This document shows, in pieces, positions 45,240 to 53,780 of a stretch of 64,000 bases of DNA. Numbering within the stretch: position 1 is the stretch's first letter; each line of letters starts with the position of its first letter. The translations under genes were made by a program, and so were the position numbers. This stretch comes from Myxococcales bacterium (GTDB lineage Bacteria; Myxococcota_A; Polyangia; Polyangiales; JAFGIB01). The stretch is taken from the NCBI GenBank assembly GCA_029880325.1, contig JAOUOP010000018.1, positions 58,055 to 122,054 of the forward strand, given 5' to 3'. Below the pieces are notes generated by a model. The model ran no database searches. It was given only the letters and a program-made list of their open reading frames with translations, and had not been told where the DNA came from.

Positions 45240-46855
45240 CTCGGGCGTGACCGTGGGCGCGGCCCTGCAGTTTCCGCTCGGTCATGCCGACGTGATGGAG
45301 CTGGAGCGTTCGGTGGTGGACGCCTCGCGCTTCTTCGCCGACGTCAACCATCTGCACTACACGCTGCCGGACTACCCCTACATCGAAGAGCCGCGCCTGA
45401 CGCTGCACAACGACGACGGGCGAAACTTCCTGGCCGCCAGCGAGCAGAGCTACGACGTCATTATCAGCGAGCCGAGCAACCCGTGGATCACGGGCGTCTC
45501 CGACCTCTTCACCGTCGATCATTTTCGGGTAGCCAAGAAGCGCCTGGCTAAAGATGGCATCTACTGCCAGTGGGTCCAGCTCTACGAGATGAGCCCGCGC
45601 AACGTGAAGATCATCTACCGGACCTTCGCTTCGCAGTTCAAATACGTGGTGGTCTTCTCGGCCGAGGATCTCTCCAGCGACACCATCCTGATGGGCTCGG
45701 ACTCGCCCCTGCCCCTGGATCTCGGCCGCCTTCGCCGGGCCTTTGCCGAGCCGGGCGTGGTTGCCGAGCTCGAGCGCGCCTACATCCACTCGCCCTACGA
45801 CGTGCTGGCGCGGGTGCTGCTCTCGGACCGCGACGAGGTGATGCGCTTCACCCACATCGAGCACCGCAAGGACAAGAAAACCGGCCGCATCAAAGCCATC
45901 CCCGAAGCCACCAACGCCGAAGACTGCCGGCCGCCGGGCTGCCGTCGCGAGCCCTTGCCCCTGAACACCGACGACAACGCGCTCATCGAATTCGCCGCCC
46001 CGCGGGACGTCATCGGCTTCGATGCGCTACCGCGGCTACTTGCGCACCGTCTACCACCACGAGTGGCCCTACGGCCGCCTGCAGGACAAGCTCATCGGTC
46101 CCAACTGAAAGTCAGAAGACGTGGCCGAGCAGGCCATCGCGCTGCTGGCCCATGGCCGCACGCGTGAGGCCGGTGCGCTTGTGGCCATGCTGCCGCCTGC
46201 GGCCGGTGGCGGCCTGCGCGCCAAGGCCGAGACCAAGGCTTTCGCCCCTGCGGCATCCCCCATCGAGCAGGCCCACGCCATCTGGGGCGTACTGGGCGAT
46301 GAGCCGAACACGCCCAAGGTCAGCTTCCCGCCGCCCACGCCAGAGCACCTCGACCCTGAGCTCGACGCCGCCACCAGGCGCCAGCTCAGCCGCGGCCACG
46401 CCGAGGCCCTCGACTGGCTGCACCGTGGCGAGCCCAAGCGCGCGGTCACAGCCCTGAGCGCCCTACCCAGCGCCCTGTTGCAACACGCGGGCGCGCCCAT
46501 GGGCTACCTGCGGGGCTACCTGCACTACCGGGCCGGCCAGTACGACGAAGCCATCGACACCCTCGAAGCCACGCTGCAGGCCGATCCTGCCTTTGCCCTC
46601 GAGCACCCCGCCCTCTACTTCTTCCTGGCGCGCTCCCACGACGCCCTGATGCACTTCGACAAGGCCGTGCGCAACGCCCAAGTCTACATCGAAGCCGCAC
46701 CGCTGTGGGCGGGCGGTGCGGACGACGAGGCACAGCCGGAACCGCCCCCGAACGCCGCACCGATCAGCGATGAAGCGGGCGAGACGCTGAAGCAGTTTCA
46801 TTCCGACCGCGCTGGCGCCGTGGCGGAGGCATCCGGACACGCGCAAGCACCATGA
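45240..46855 (+). pseudogene. Spermidine-synthase-like (fused SpeE-type) gene with a TPR-like C-terminal region. It is 5'-truncated, frameshifted near 46020, and has an in-frame TGA at 46106.
   Basis: ..SGVTVGAALQFPL..DVMELERSVVDASRFF..YDVIISEPSNPWITGVSDLFTVDHF..GIYCQWVQLYEM.. The N-terminal membrane part is missing. The frame moves from ORF 45247 to the frame of ORF 46121 (..RYRGYLRTVYHHEWPYGRLQDKLIGPN*), then continues as ..AEQAIALLAHGR.. Confidence 0.6.
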
Positions 46856-46959
46856 TGTGAGCAAGCTGGGCATCGTGATGCCCGCGTGCGCGCCATCACG
46901 GCGATGTCCTCGGCCGGCCCAGGCCGATCAATGGCGACCCGCGACGTGGGCAGCAACTC

Positions 46960-48948
46960 TCACGGATGCCCGGCTGGGTTCAGCTCACGACAACCGGGCA
47001 GGTCCTCCCAGCGGGCCAGCTCCGAACGCAGTCGAAGCATCTCCTGGGGCTGCTGGAGCGCAAGATTGACGCGTTCGCCGGGATCGCTTTCCAAGTCGTA
47101 GAGGTAGTTGAGGTTGTCGTCGAGGTTGACGATCAACTTGTAGCGCTGGCTCATCACCGCCAGCTGGGCGGGCAGCCCCACGCCTCCCCAATGATCGACG
47201 GCGATCAGCTGACTGACAACGGGGAGCTGCGAGGGAAGCGCCGGTCCGAGCAGGTCACGGCCCTGAAAGCCTTCCCGCTGCGGCAGACCGAGATAGGCCA
47301 AGAGCGTCGGAACGACGTCGACGAGTGAGACGGGGTCCGTAATCACGCGCGCTGAAACCCCGGGCAGCCGCATGTAAAGCGGAACCCGCAGCGCTTCCTC
47401 GTACAGCGAGCCGCCGTGGTAACGGCTTCCGTGTTCGCCGAACTCCTCGCCGTGATCACTGAGCATGATCACGACTGCGGCCCGCCCGCGCTCGCTCTGT
47501 TCGAGTTCTGCGACAAGGCGTCCCAGGTGCATCAACACGTGGCGAATCTGTGTGCGATAGCGCTCCTGCTGCGTCAGTCCCTCGAGCCAGGGCGCGTAGG
47601 GCGCGTGAGCGTCGAGAAAGTGAAGCCAGCGCATGCGCGGCGGCCCGGAGGCCCCGGAGCGGGCCTCCTCGATGGCCCAGTCGACCAGCCGCGCGGTCGC
47701 ACCACGCAGGGCCACGACGTCGCAGTCGTCCTGAAAGGGCGAGCGCTCCCGGGACAAGCCGAGCACCTGCTTTCCCTGATGTGCCGAGCCCTTGTGCTGG
47801 TGGATCCAAATGTCGGCGTCGTAGCCGGCCGCGTCCATCAGTTCGAAGACGCTGGGATGCCCGAGGCCCGTGTACCGAAGGTAGCGCGACTGCGCCATGG
47901 CGAGCATCGCGCGATAGGTCTCGGGATAGGGCGTGTACGCGCGTGCAAAGTCCACGGTCCCGCGCTTCCAGCGCGCGAAGTCGGGCACCTCCCGCAAGTC
48001 CAGCCCACCCCAATCGGCACGAACTGTGTCCGTCACCAGCAGATACACATCGGGAAGCGGAGCGCGCGGGGCGGGCCGACGCGCGGGGACCACGGGCGCA
48101 GTCGCCCTGCTGAGGCCGTTGCAGTTGCGGTCGACCGGGTCCGGCAGTTCGCAGCGCCCTGGAGCGATCTCCGGGTCTCCATCGTCGCAGTCGGTTCCGG
48201 CGAAGGTGCCCGCGTGGCCGTCGCGATCGAGGTCGAGCAATAGGCGCATGGTGGCCAGCAGCTGGGGCTGGAGCATGCCGTGGGCGTCGCCCAGCACGCG
48301 GACCTCTCGTACCTGGCTGCCGAGGGAGAGGTGACTGGCCAGGCCCACGGCCGCCAACGCGCCCAGGCGCCGCCAGCTGGCCCTGAGGGTCCAGTCCCAA
48401 AGCGTACAGGCCCCCAGGATCATGGCGGCGAAGCCGGCCAGGTCGTGCAAGGTCGCGTAAAGACGCCGTAGCACGAAGGCGTCCGCCAACAGACACGACA
48501 GCGCGGCGACCAGGCACAGCGCCCGAAACAAGGGCGCCCCGAGCCCACCGCGGATGCTGGCGAGGAGAACACCTGTGACGCCGCTGGCGGTCGGCACCAC
48601 CAGCGCAAGTCGGTAGGGATCGTCGGCGAGATTCCAGGGCCGCAGGATCAGTACGCCCACCCCGCCAGCGGCAGCACCGATCGCCGAGCCCAACAACAGT
48701 CGCCACAGCCACGAGCCCCTTCGCGGAGCCCATAGCGGCAAAAATAGGCGCCAGGGCAAGCTCACGCACGCGGCCGCAAGTCCGCTCACCCAAAGGGCCT
48801 CGGCCAGCAGGCTCAGCCCGTAGCGAACGAGCAACCCGCTGGGCTCGCCGATGCGCAGGCCCACGACAGCGAGTTCCACCGGGGCCAGCAGCAGGCAAGT
48901 GGCGAAGCCGACCGCCCAGGCGCGGGCGAGCATGACCGGAAGTGTCAC
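46960..48948 (-). CDS. Membrane-anchored sulfatase / alkaline-phosphatase-superfamily protein
   Basis: Multi-TM N-terminal half. DCDDGDPEIAPGRCELPDPVDRNCNG is the myxobacterial putative metal-binding motif. Sulfatase core: ..VYLLVTDTVRADWGG.., ..WLHFLDAHAPY.., ..IMLSDHGEEFGEHG.. Confidence 0.8.
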   Translation of the reverse strand: MTLPVMLARAWAVGFATCLLLAPVELAVVGLRIGEPSGLLVRYGLSLLAEALWVSGLAAACVSLPWRLFLPLWAPRRGSWLWRLLLGSAIGAAAGGVGVLILRPWNLADDPYRLALVVPTASGVTGVLLASIRGGLGAPLFRALCLVAALSCLLADAFVLRRLYATLHDLAGFAAMILGACTLWDWTLRASWRRLGALAAVGLASHLSLGSQVREVRVLGDAHGMLQPQLLATMRLLLDLDRDGHAGTFAGTDCDDGDPEIAPGRCELPDPVDRNCNGLSRATAPVVPARRPAPRAPLPDVYLLVTDTVRADWGGLDLREVPDFARWKRGTVDFARAYTPYPETYRAMLAMAQSRYLRYTGLGHPSVFELMDAAGYDADIWIHQHKGSAHQGKQVLGLSRERSPFQDDCDVVALRGATARLVDWAIEEARSGASGPPRMRWLHFLDAHAPYAPWLEGLTQQERYRTQIRHVLMHLGRLVAELEQSERGRAAVVIMLSDHGEEFGEHGSRYHGGSLYEEALRVPLYMRLPGVSARVITDPVSLVDVVPTLLAYLGLPQREGFQGRDLLGPALPSQLPVVSQLIAVDHWGGVGLPAQLAVMSQRYKLIVNLDDNLNYLYDLESDPGERVNLALQQPQEMLRLRSELARWEDLPGCRELNPAGHP

Positions 48949-49230
48949 GATTCCGAAACGCCGTCCATTCGGCCGCTGTTCGCACAGGCCGAACCCGTGT
49001 TCCCGCCCCAGCGTAGCGGCTCAGCACGGCGACGGGAAGCGATCCATAGGTCGCCGCGTGGACAGCTCCGCATGGCTCGACGAACCCAGACACCCATTGC
49101 AGCACCATGGCCAGTTCACCCGGCTGCCCGAAGCCCACCGTGCGCACCGATGCATCGCCAGCTCCAGGGCCACCTGCTCCTAACACAACCATCTTGCTCT
49201 TTCCTTGGCGGACGGCCATCGCCATGCCCC

Positions 49231-49398
49231 ATGAGCGACGACATCGCCAGCAACCTGGCCGACAACCTGCGCGCCCTGCGCGAGGCGCGCGGCTTCAGTC
49301 AGCAGCAGATCGCCAAGCTGGCCGGGCTGCCACGGCCTACCTGGGCCAACCTGGAGAGCGGCTCTGCCAACCCCACAATCGCGGTGCTGACGCGGGCA
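49231..49398 (+). pseudogene. XRE-family HTH regulator, 3'-truncated by repeat copy C
   Basis: MSDDIASNLADNLRALREARGFSQQQIAKLAGLPRPTWANLESGSANPTIAVLTRA is followed immediately by repeat sequence and a stop. It ends inside the usual HTH domain. Confidence 0.7.
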
Positions 49399-49562
49399 GT
49401 CCGTAGGTAGCATTAGAAGGGGGTCAATTGGGCCAGTCACCGCACTGGGGAGGAGTTGACATAAAAACCACTACTGCGAAGTACGACAGCAATGAATTAA
49501 TCCGCCACCATCACCCACCGTCCGCCCCAGCCCCACGATCCCGCCGCCTTACAGCACGGCGG
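49399..49562 (+). repeat. Repeat family copy C (164 bp)
   Basis: See copy B. It lies between the truncated XRE gene and the 3' side of the IS91-family transposase remnant. Confidence 0.9.
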
Positions 49563-49573
49563 AACGCATTAGC

Positions 49574-49610
49574 CAAAAAAGCAAAAACGTCCCAATCAAG
49601 GGACTTTTCC
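49574..49610 (-). terminator. Possible intrinsic terminator downstream of the IS91-family tnpA remnant
   Basis: The minus strand reads ggaaaaGTCCCttgattGGGACgtttttgcttttttgg: a short stem (5 bp, extendable with one bulge) followed by a T-rich tract. Confidence 0.4.
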
Positions 49611-49702
49611 GCCCCAAGAACGCCCCCCCCCCCACCCAGGCCTCGCTCCCGCAGCGCCCAGCTCACCACACGCCTGTCCGCCCATCGAGTCGGCCCTGGC
49701 CC

Positions 49703-50147
49703 TCAAGCCGACTCGAGGTCGAGCCACTCGTTTCCCGGCGGCGGCCGTGCCGGTGCGATCGGCAGCGGCTCGGTCGGCAACTTCAGGCTCTTGAGGATGC
49801 GGCGAATCGCATCCGGCTTGAACACAGCAGCCAACAGCCGCCTCGGCCCCTTGCAGCTTGGACAAATCAGCACGTCGGTCTTGAACGCTCGGCGCATCAA
49901 GTCCGCATAGCTGTAGCCCCCCTGCGCCCGCTCACCGCCGCCTTCCGGCACAGGCGGCTCCGAGCCGAGATCCTCCTCGGCGTCGCCGCGCTCCGCAGCC
50001 GGCCTCGCCTGCGCCCGGTAGGCGACGACGCGCGCCCGCAGCGCCGAGCGCGGTGCCAGTACGCCGCGGGAGACCAGCGAATTTTTGTGCGGCCGAGGAA
50101 TTAACGCCGCCAGGCGCTCGACGAACGCAAGCGGCTCGAATTCGACA
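49703..50147 (-). pseudogene. IS91-family transposase, C-terminal fragment only
   Basis: My translation gives ..VEFEPLAFVERLAALIPRPHKNSLVSRGVLAPRSALRARVV..GYSYADLMRRAFKTDVLICPSCKGPRRLLAAVFKPDAIRRILKSLKLPTEPLPIAPARPPP.., the typical IS91/IS801 C-terminus. Its 5' side is cut by the ISKra4-like IS at 50148. Confidence 0.75.
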
Positions 50148-51867
50148 GGGTGCGGCTCCTTTCATGCGACGTTTTTCACGAGTCGGAGGCGTCGTCTACG
50201 GGTGGGCGGGGCAATTTCTGGAACCTTCGAGTCAATGTAACGTGACAGGTGGTTGCGGTAGGTCTCCTGTTGCTCGTGAAAGGCCCAGTATTCGTCGAAA
50301 TCACCGCTGGAGAGGATCGAACGCAGGCGCAGGACGGCTTCGGCACCCTCGAGACTCCAACGCGCGCCAGTGAGGTCCATGCGGTCCTTGATCAAGTGCC
50401 GACAGGCGCCTTCGATGACGCCGGTAGCGATCGGTGCTCCCATCGCGAGCAGCTGTTCGTAGCGCATCATGGACTTGCGCTTCAGCAGATAGTTTGCGGC
50501 TTGGTCTACGGGCTTGCGCTGCTTGGCGCTCAATTCACGGAAGGTCGCCATGCGAGTCATGCCGGCCACCACTTGGCTGACTTCGCCCTGAAGAATGCGT
50601 CGCAAGCGCTCGAGAACCCAGTCCTCGATCTCGGATGTCCCTTCATCAAAGAAGACGTGCGCCGCACGCCACAGATATTCGAGGGCATGGATGAAATCGA
50701 GCACCAGTGTGACCTCGACTCCCCGACGCTGGGCCTCGGCGCGCACCAGCTCGATGAGCTTGTCATCGCCATCGACCAGGACCAGCCAGCGCTTTCGGTG
50801 CTTGGGGTCACGGTCGGCGGCTTCATCGAACGCGTCAGAGATCACATCCTTGAGCGGCCGCTGCAAGCTCGCCCACACCCGCTTGCCTTCGGGTCTGGGT
50901 TTGGGCTTCGTGATGGCGTCGCGCACTCGCCTGAGACCCGCGATCACGTCGTCGGCCGTCCTTTCGTGCGGTGCCACCGTGTAGACCGCCGCCACCGATG
51001 CTCGGCGTTTGCGCCCGCGCTTGACTTCGCCCTTGCTGCGCCGACTGTCCATCTTCGGCCTCGCCTCTTGCGCCGCCTTGCGGGTCGCGTCGGTCAAGTC
51101 CTCGTGACGTAGCACGACCCCCTTTTGGTCAAAGGTCAGCGCCAGCAATTCACTGGTCGGTTCCGGAAAGTGAAGTCGGGTGTTGCCGCAGAAGGCGTCG
51201 AAGTCAACTGCTGAGCGCTTCACCGACTGTTCGGCCTGACGCTTCGGAACATGGGCCGCGTTATGCACCGCCATCATCTCCAGCGTCGCGTCAAACGACA
51301 TGCGCAAGGCGCCCAGTGCCACCTGACGGTCTACTTCCAGCGAGTATCTCGTCGAGCCAAGTCCCAGAGCAGCATCGACCGGGAACAGGTACGACAGGCC
51401 ACGTCCTGAGTGACCCGTGCGCTCCACCTCCACAGTCCCGAAAACCGTCTCGAGCTTGCGCACCATGCCGCTGCGCTTATGGGTGCGCTCTCGAGCGTCA
51501 GCACCCACGACCGGCTGTGTCGCTCGGGCCTGACTGCGCAACGTAAGATAGGCTTGGTGCAGCCGACGCATCAGCTCAGCGCTGCTCGTTCGACAGCCAT
51601 CGCTCAATCTCCGCTTCGCTCTTGGTGCCAAGCTCATCGGACATCAGCGCCTTCTTCATCGAAGCGAATTGCGCCTCCGCCTCGACGAAATGTTCCTCTT
51701 CACCGAGCGCCTCGTTGCGGTAGGCTGCCCTCATGGGGTCACCTCCTGGGTAGATAGTTGTCTCTTCAACTTCTAGATACCCCGGAGGAGCCCCATTTTC
51801 ATCCTTGCACGACGCTCAACCGCTTGAAATTGTTGGCTTTCGGCGTCGCATCAACGGATCCGCACCC
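50148..51867 (-). mobile_element. ISKra4-family insertion sequence (about 1.72 kb) with 24-bp imperfect terminal inverted repeats
   Basis: The left end is gggtgcggctcctttcatgcgacg (50148-50171). The reverse complement of the right end (51844-51867) is gggtgcggatccgttgatgcgacg, matching 21/24. No direct repeat was seen in the flanks. Confidence 0.8.
50162..51734 (-). CDS. ISKra4-family transposase, apparently split by a 1-nt frameshift near 51576-51590
   Basis: Track ORF 50162..51637 contains ..LTFDQKGVVLR.., ..RGRKRRASVAAVYTV.., ..WLVLVDGDDK.., ..VLDFIHALEYLW.. and ..PIATGVIEGACRHLIKDRMDLTGARWSLEGAEAVLRLRS..GDFDEYWAFH.. An unlisted 52-codon ORF (51734..51576) has the strong RBS AGGAGGTGA and ends ..SEAEIERWLSNEQR*. 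It would join ..ELMRRLHQAYLTLR.. if one nt were removed. Confidence 0.8.
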
Positions 51868-51894
51868 CTTTGATAGAGCGAGCCCGAAGCCTCC

Positions 51895-52572
51895 ATGAAG
51901 AAAGCCGACAAAGCCGCGCGCATCGCGGAGATGCTCGACAAACTCTACCCCACGACACCGATCCCGCTCGATCACAGCGACGCCTTCACACTGCTGGTGG
52001 CGGTGATGCTCAGCGCCCAGACCACCGACAAGAAGGTCAACGAAGTCACGCCCGCGCTGTTCGCCATCGCGGGCAGCGCAGAGCAGATGGCCGCGCGCAG
52101 CGTCGACGAGCTGCTCGCCAAAATCCGCGTGCTCGGCCTGGCGCCGACCAAGGCCAAAAACCTCAAGGCCATGGCCCAGCAGTTGATGGGCGAGCACGGG
52201 GGCGAGGTGCCGAGCGACGAAGCGGCTCTCGAGGCGCTGCCCGGCGTCGGCCACAAGACCGCCTCGGTGGTGCGCGCCCAGGCCTTCGGCATCGCCGCCT
52301 TCCCGGTCGACACCCACATTCACCGGCTGGCCGCGCGCTGGGGGCTGTCGTCGGGCAAGAACGTGGAGCAGACCGAACGCGACCTGAAGCAGCTCTTTCC
52401 GCGCGAGGCCTGGAATCGACTGCACCTGCAGATCATCTACTTCGGCCGCGAACACTGCCCGGCGCGCGGTCACGATCTGGCAAAGTGCCCCATCTGCGGC
52501 TGGGCGGCGACCAAGCTCCGGATTCGCGAAGAGGCCGCGACGCGGGGGCCGCGGGCGCGCGCTGCGCAATAG
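51895..52572 (+). CDS. nth: Endonuclease III
   Basis: ..LLVAVMLSAQTTDKKVN.., HhH-GPD ..LPGVGHKTASVV.., ..VDTHIHRLA.., and the 4Fe-4S cluster C-x6-C-x2-C-x5-C at the C-terminus (CPARGHDLAKCPIC). Confidence 0.95.
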   Translation: MKKADKAARIAEMLDKLYPTTPIPLDHSDAFTLLVAVMLSAQTTDKKVNEVTPALFAIAGSAEQMAARSVDELLAKIRVLGLAPTKAKNLKAMAQQLMGEHGGEVPSDEAALEALPGVGHKTASVVRAQAFGIAAFPVDTHIHRLAARWGLSSGKNVEQTERDLKQLFPREAWNRLHLQIIYFGREHCPARGHDLAKCPICGWAATKLRIREEAATRGPRARAAQ

Positions 52573-52581
52573 GGCTCGCGC

Positions 52582-53085
52582 TCACTGGGCAGCGCCCGGT
52601 GAAAGCTGTACCAGCGGCGCCACGGTGGCGACCGTGACCCTCACGTAGTCGCCAGGCGCCAACACCATCTGCATACCCTTGAGGCCCGCCGAGACCGCGA
52701 TCGCATCGTGGTCGAGCGCGCTGCGATCGATGAAAACGGGGAAGTTGCGCCGGGCACCGAGGGCGGTGACGCCACCACGGATGTAGCCGGTCAGCGGCTG
52801 CACCTCCTTGAGGGCCACCATGGCGACCTTGCGGTTGTCGCTGGCGCGGGCGAGGAGCTTGAGGTCGAGTTCGGCCGTGGCGGGCACGACGGCAAAACAA
52901 TGACCGTGGCGATCGCCGTGGGCCACCAGCGTCTTGAAGACGGTGCGCGGGTCCATGCCCACCTGGCGCGCGACCTCGGCGGCGCCCAGGTGGGCGCTGT
53001 CGACTGCGTACTCGCGCAGCTCGTAGCGCACGCGCGCCCGCTCGAGCAGACGCGCGGCGTTGGTCTTCGACGGGGGCTTGGGCAT
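52582..53085 (-). CDS. ybaK: Cys-tRNA(Pro)/Cys-tRNA(Cys) deacylase YbaK
   Basis: MPKPPSKTNAARLLERARVRYELREY..TLVAHGD..FAVVPATAELDLKLLA..PLTGYIRGGVTALG.. Confidence 0.85.
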   Translation of the reverse strand: MPKPPSKTNAARLLERARVRYELREYAVDSAHLGAAEVARQVGMDPRTVFKTLVAHGDRHGHCFAVVPATAELDLKLLARASDNRKVAMVALKEVQPLTGYIRGGVTALGARRNFPVFIDRSALDHDAIAVSAGLKGMQMVLAPGDYVRVTVATVAPLVQLSPGAAQ

Positions 53086-53098
53086 GGCGGCTCGCGCT

Positions 53099-53701
53099 TC
53101 AGGGTTCGTCGGCCCCGCCCGCCACATCCTCCAGGGTGTAGCCCTTGCGCGGGAAGTAGTAGTCGACGGCGCGCTTGGCTTCCGGGACCGTCGGATAGTC
53201 GATGCCGATGGTGGGCGCGAAGCGGCCGGTGATCAGCTCCGTGGAACGCCGCAGGCCCTGATCGCCCTCGCGCCACCAGCGCAGCTGCAGGCGGCAGACG
53301 GTGGTGCGGCAGGAGACGCTCTCGATCACATCCTCGGGTAGCTGGGGATCGTCGAGTAGCTCGCGGATCTCACGTTCGGTGGCGTCGGCCCAGAGCGCGT
53401 CGCGGGGTTCGCGCTCGAAGGCCGGATACAAGACGGTGGCGGGGTTGCCCCGGGGCTTCCAGGCCGGTGGTGGCGGCGGCTCTGGGGCCTGCTCAGCGCC
53501 CTCGGCGGGGGCCTTTGCGGGCCGCGGCGGCCGCGGTACGGCGGCGGGCGCGGGCTGTGCTTCGGCGAGTTCGGCTTCGTCCTCGGACGGCTCGACTGCG
53601 CCGGAGGCGGCGGAGCGGCGAGGGGCCGAGGGACCCAACAGCCAGAGGTAGCCGAGGCCGAGCACCACAAGGGCGGCAAGGGCGGGCGTCCAGCGCTTCA
53701 T
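53099..53701 (-). CDS. Membrane-anchored hypothetical protein with a Pro/Ala-rich linker
   Basis: The ATG at 53701 lies within track ORF 53099..54307. MKRWTPALAALVVLGLGYLWLLG is a TM segment. The globular C-terminal part includes ..SVSCRTTVCRLQLRW.. Confidence 0.65.
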   Translation of the reverse strand: MKRWTPALAALVVLGLGYLWLLGPSAPRRSAASGAVEPSEDEAELAEAQPAPAAVPRPPRPAKAPAEGAEQAPEPPPPPAWKPRGNPATVLYPAFEREPRDALWADATEREIRELLDDPQLPEDVIESVSCRTTVCRLQLRWWREGDQGLRRSTELITGRFAPTIGIDYPTVPEAKRAVDYYFPRKGYTLEDVAGGADEP

Positions 53702-53780
53702 CGCAGCTCCTTGTACCGCGCGGCAGCGGCGTTGGCGATCGCGGACGGAACGTGTAAGAACCTCGCGCGCAGGAGCCGAG

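Noticed and set aside
45105-45551. ORFs starting inside the repeat copies (MGQSPHRGGVDI.. on plus, MTGPIDPLLMLPTD.. on minus) as repeat-encoded small proteins
   Set aside because: The peptides are conserved only as far as the DNA repeat itself. They then run into unrelated flanking sequence with non-coding composition, with no RBS and no family resemblance.
46106-46108. In-frame TGA between the SpeE-like part and the TPR-like part as selenocysteine or programmed read-through
   Set aside because: No SECIS-like hairpin was noticed directly downstream. The same gene also has a 5' truncation and a frameshift, so simple decay is the more economical reading.
49496-49521. tRNA-like 3' end inside the repeat (aatCCGCCACCATCACCCA looks like T-stem 3' strand, acceptor strand, discriminator and CCA), which would suggest a tRNA-derived att site
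   Set aside because: No complementary T-stem 5' strand (GGCGG), no canonical TTCGAAT-type T-loop, and no anticodon or D arms upstream. Copy B even has CGA instead of CCA.
51570-51595. Programmed ribosomal frameshift joining the two transposase ORFs of the ISKra4-like element
   Set aside because: There is no slippery heptamer (A AAA AAG-type) at the junction (..gagcagcgctgagctgatgcg..). This IS family is, to my knowledge, encoded by a single ORF. A 1-nt indel is more likely.
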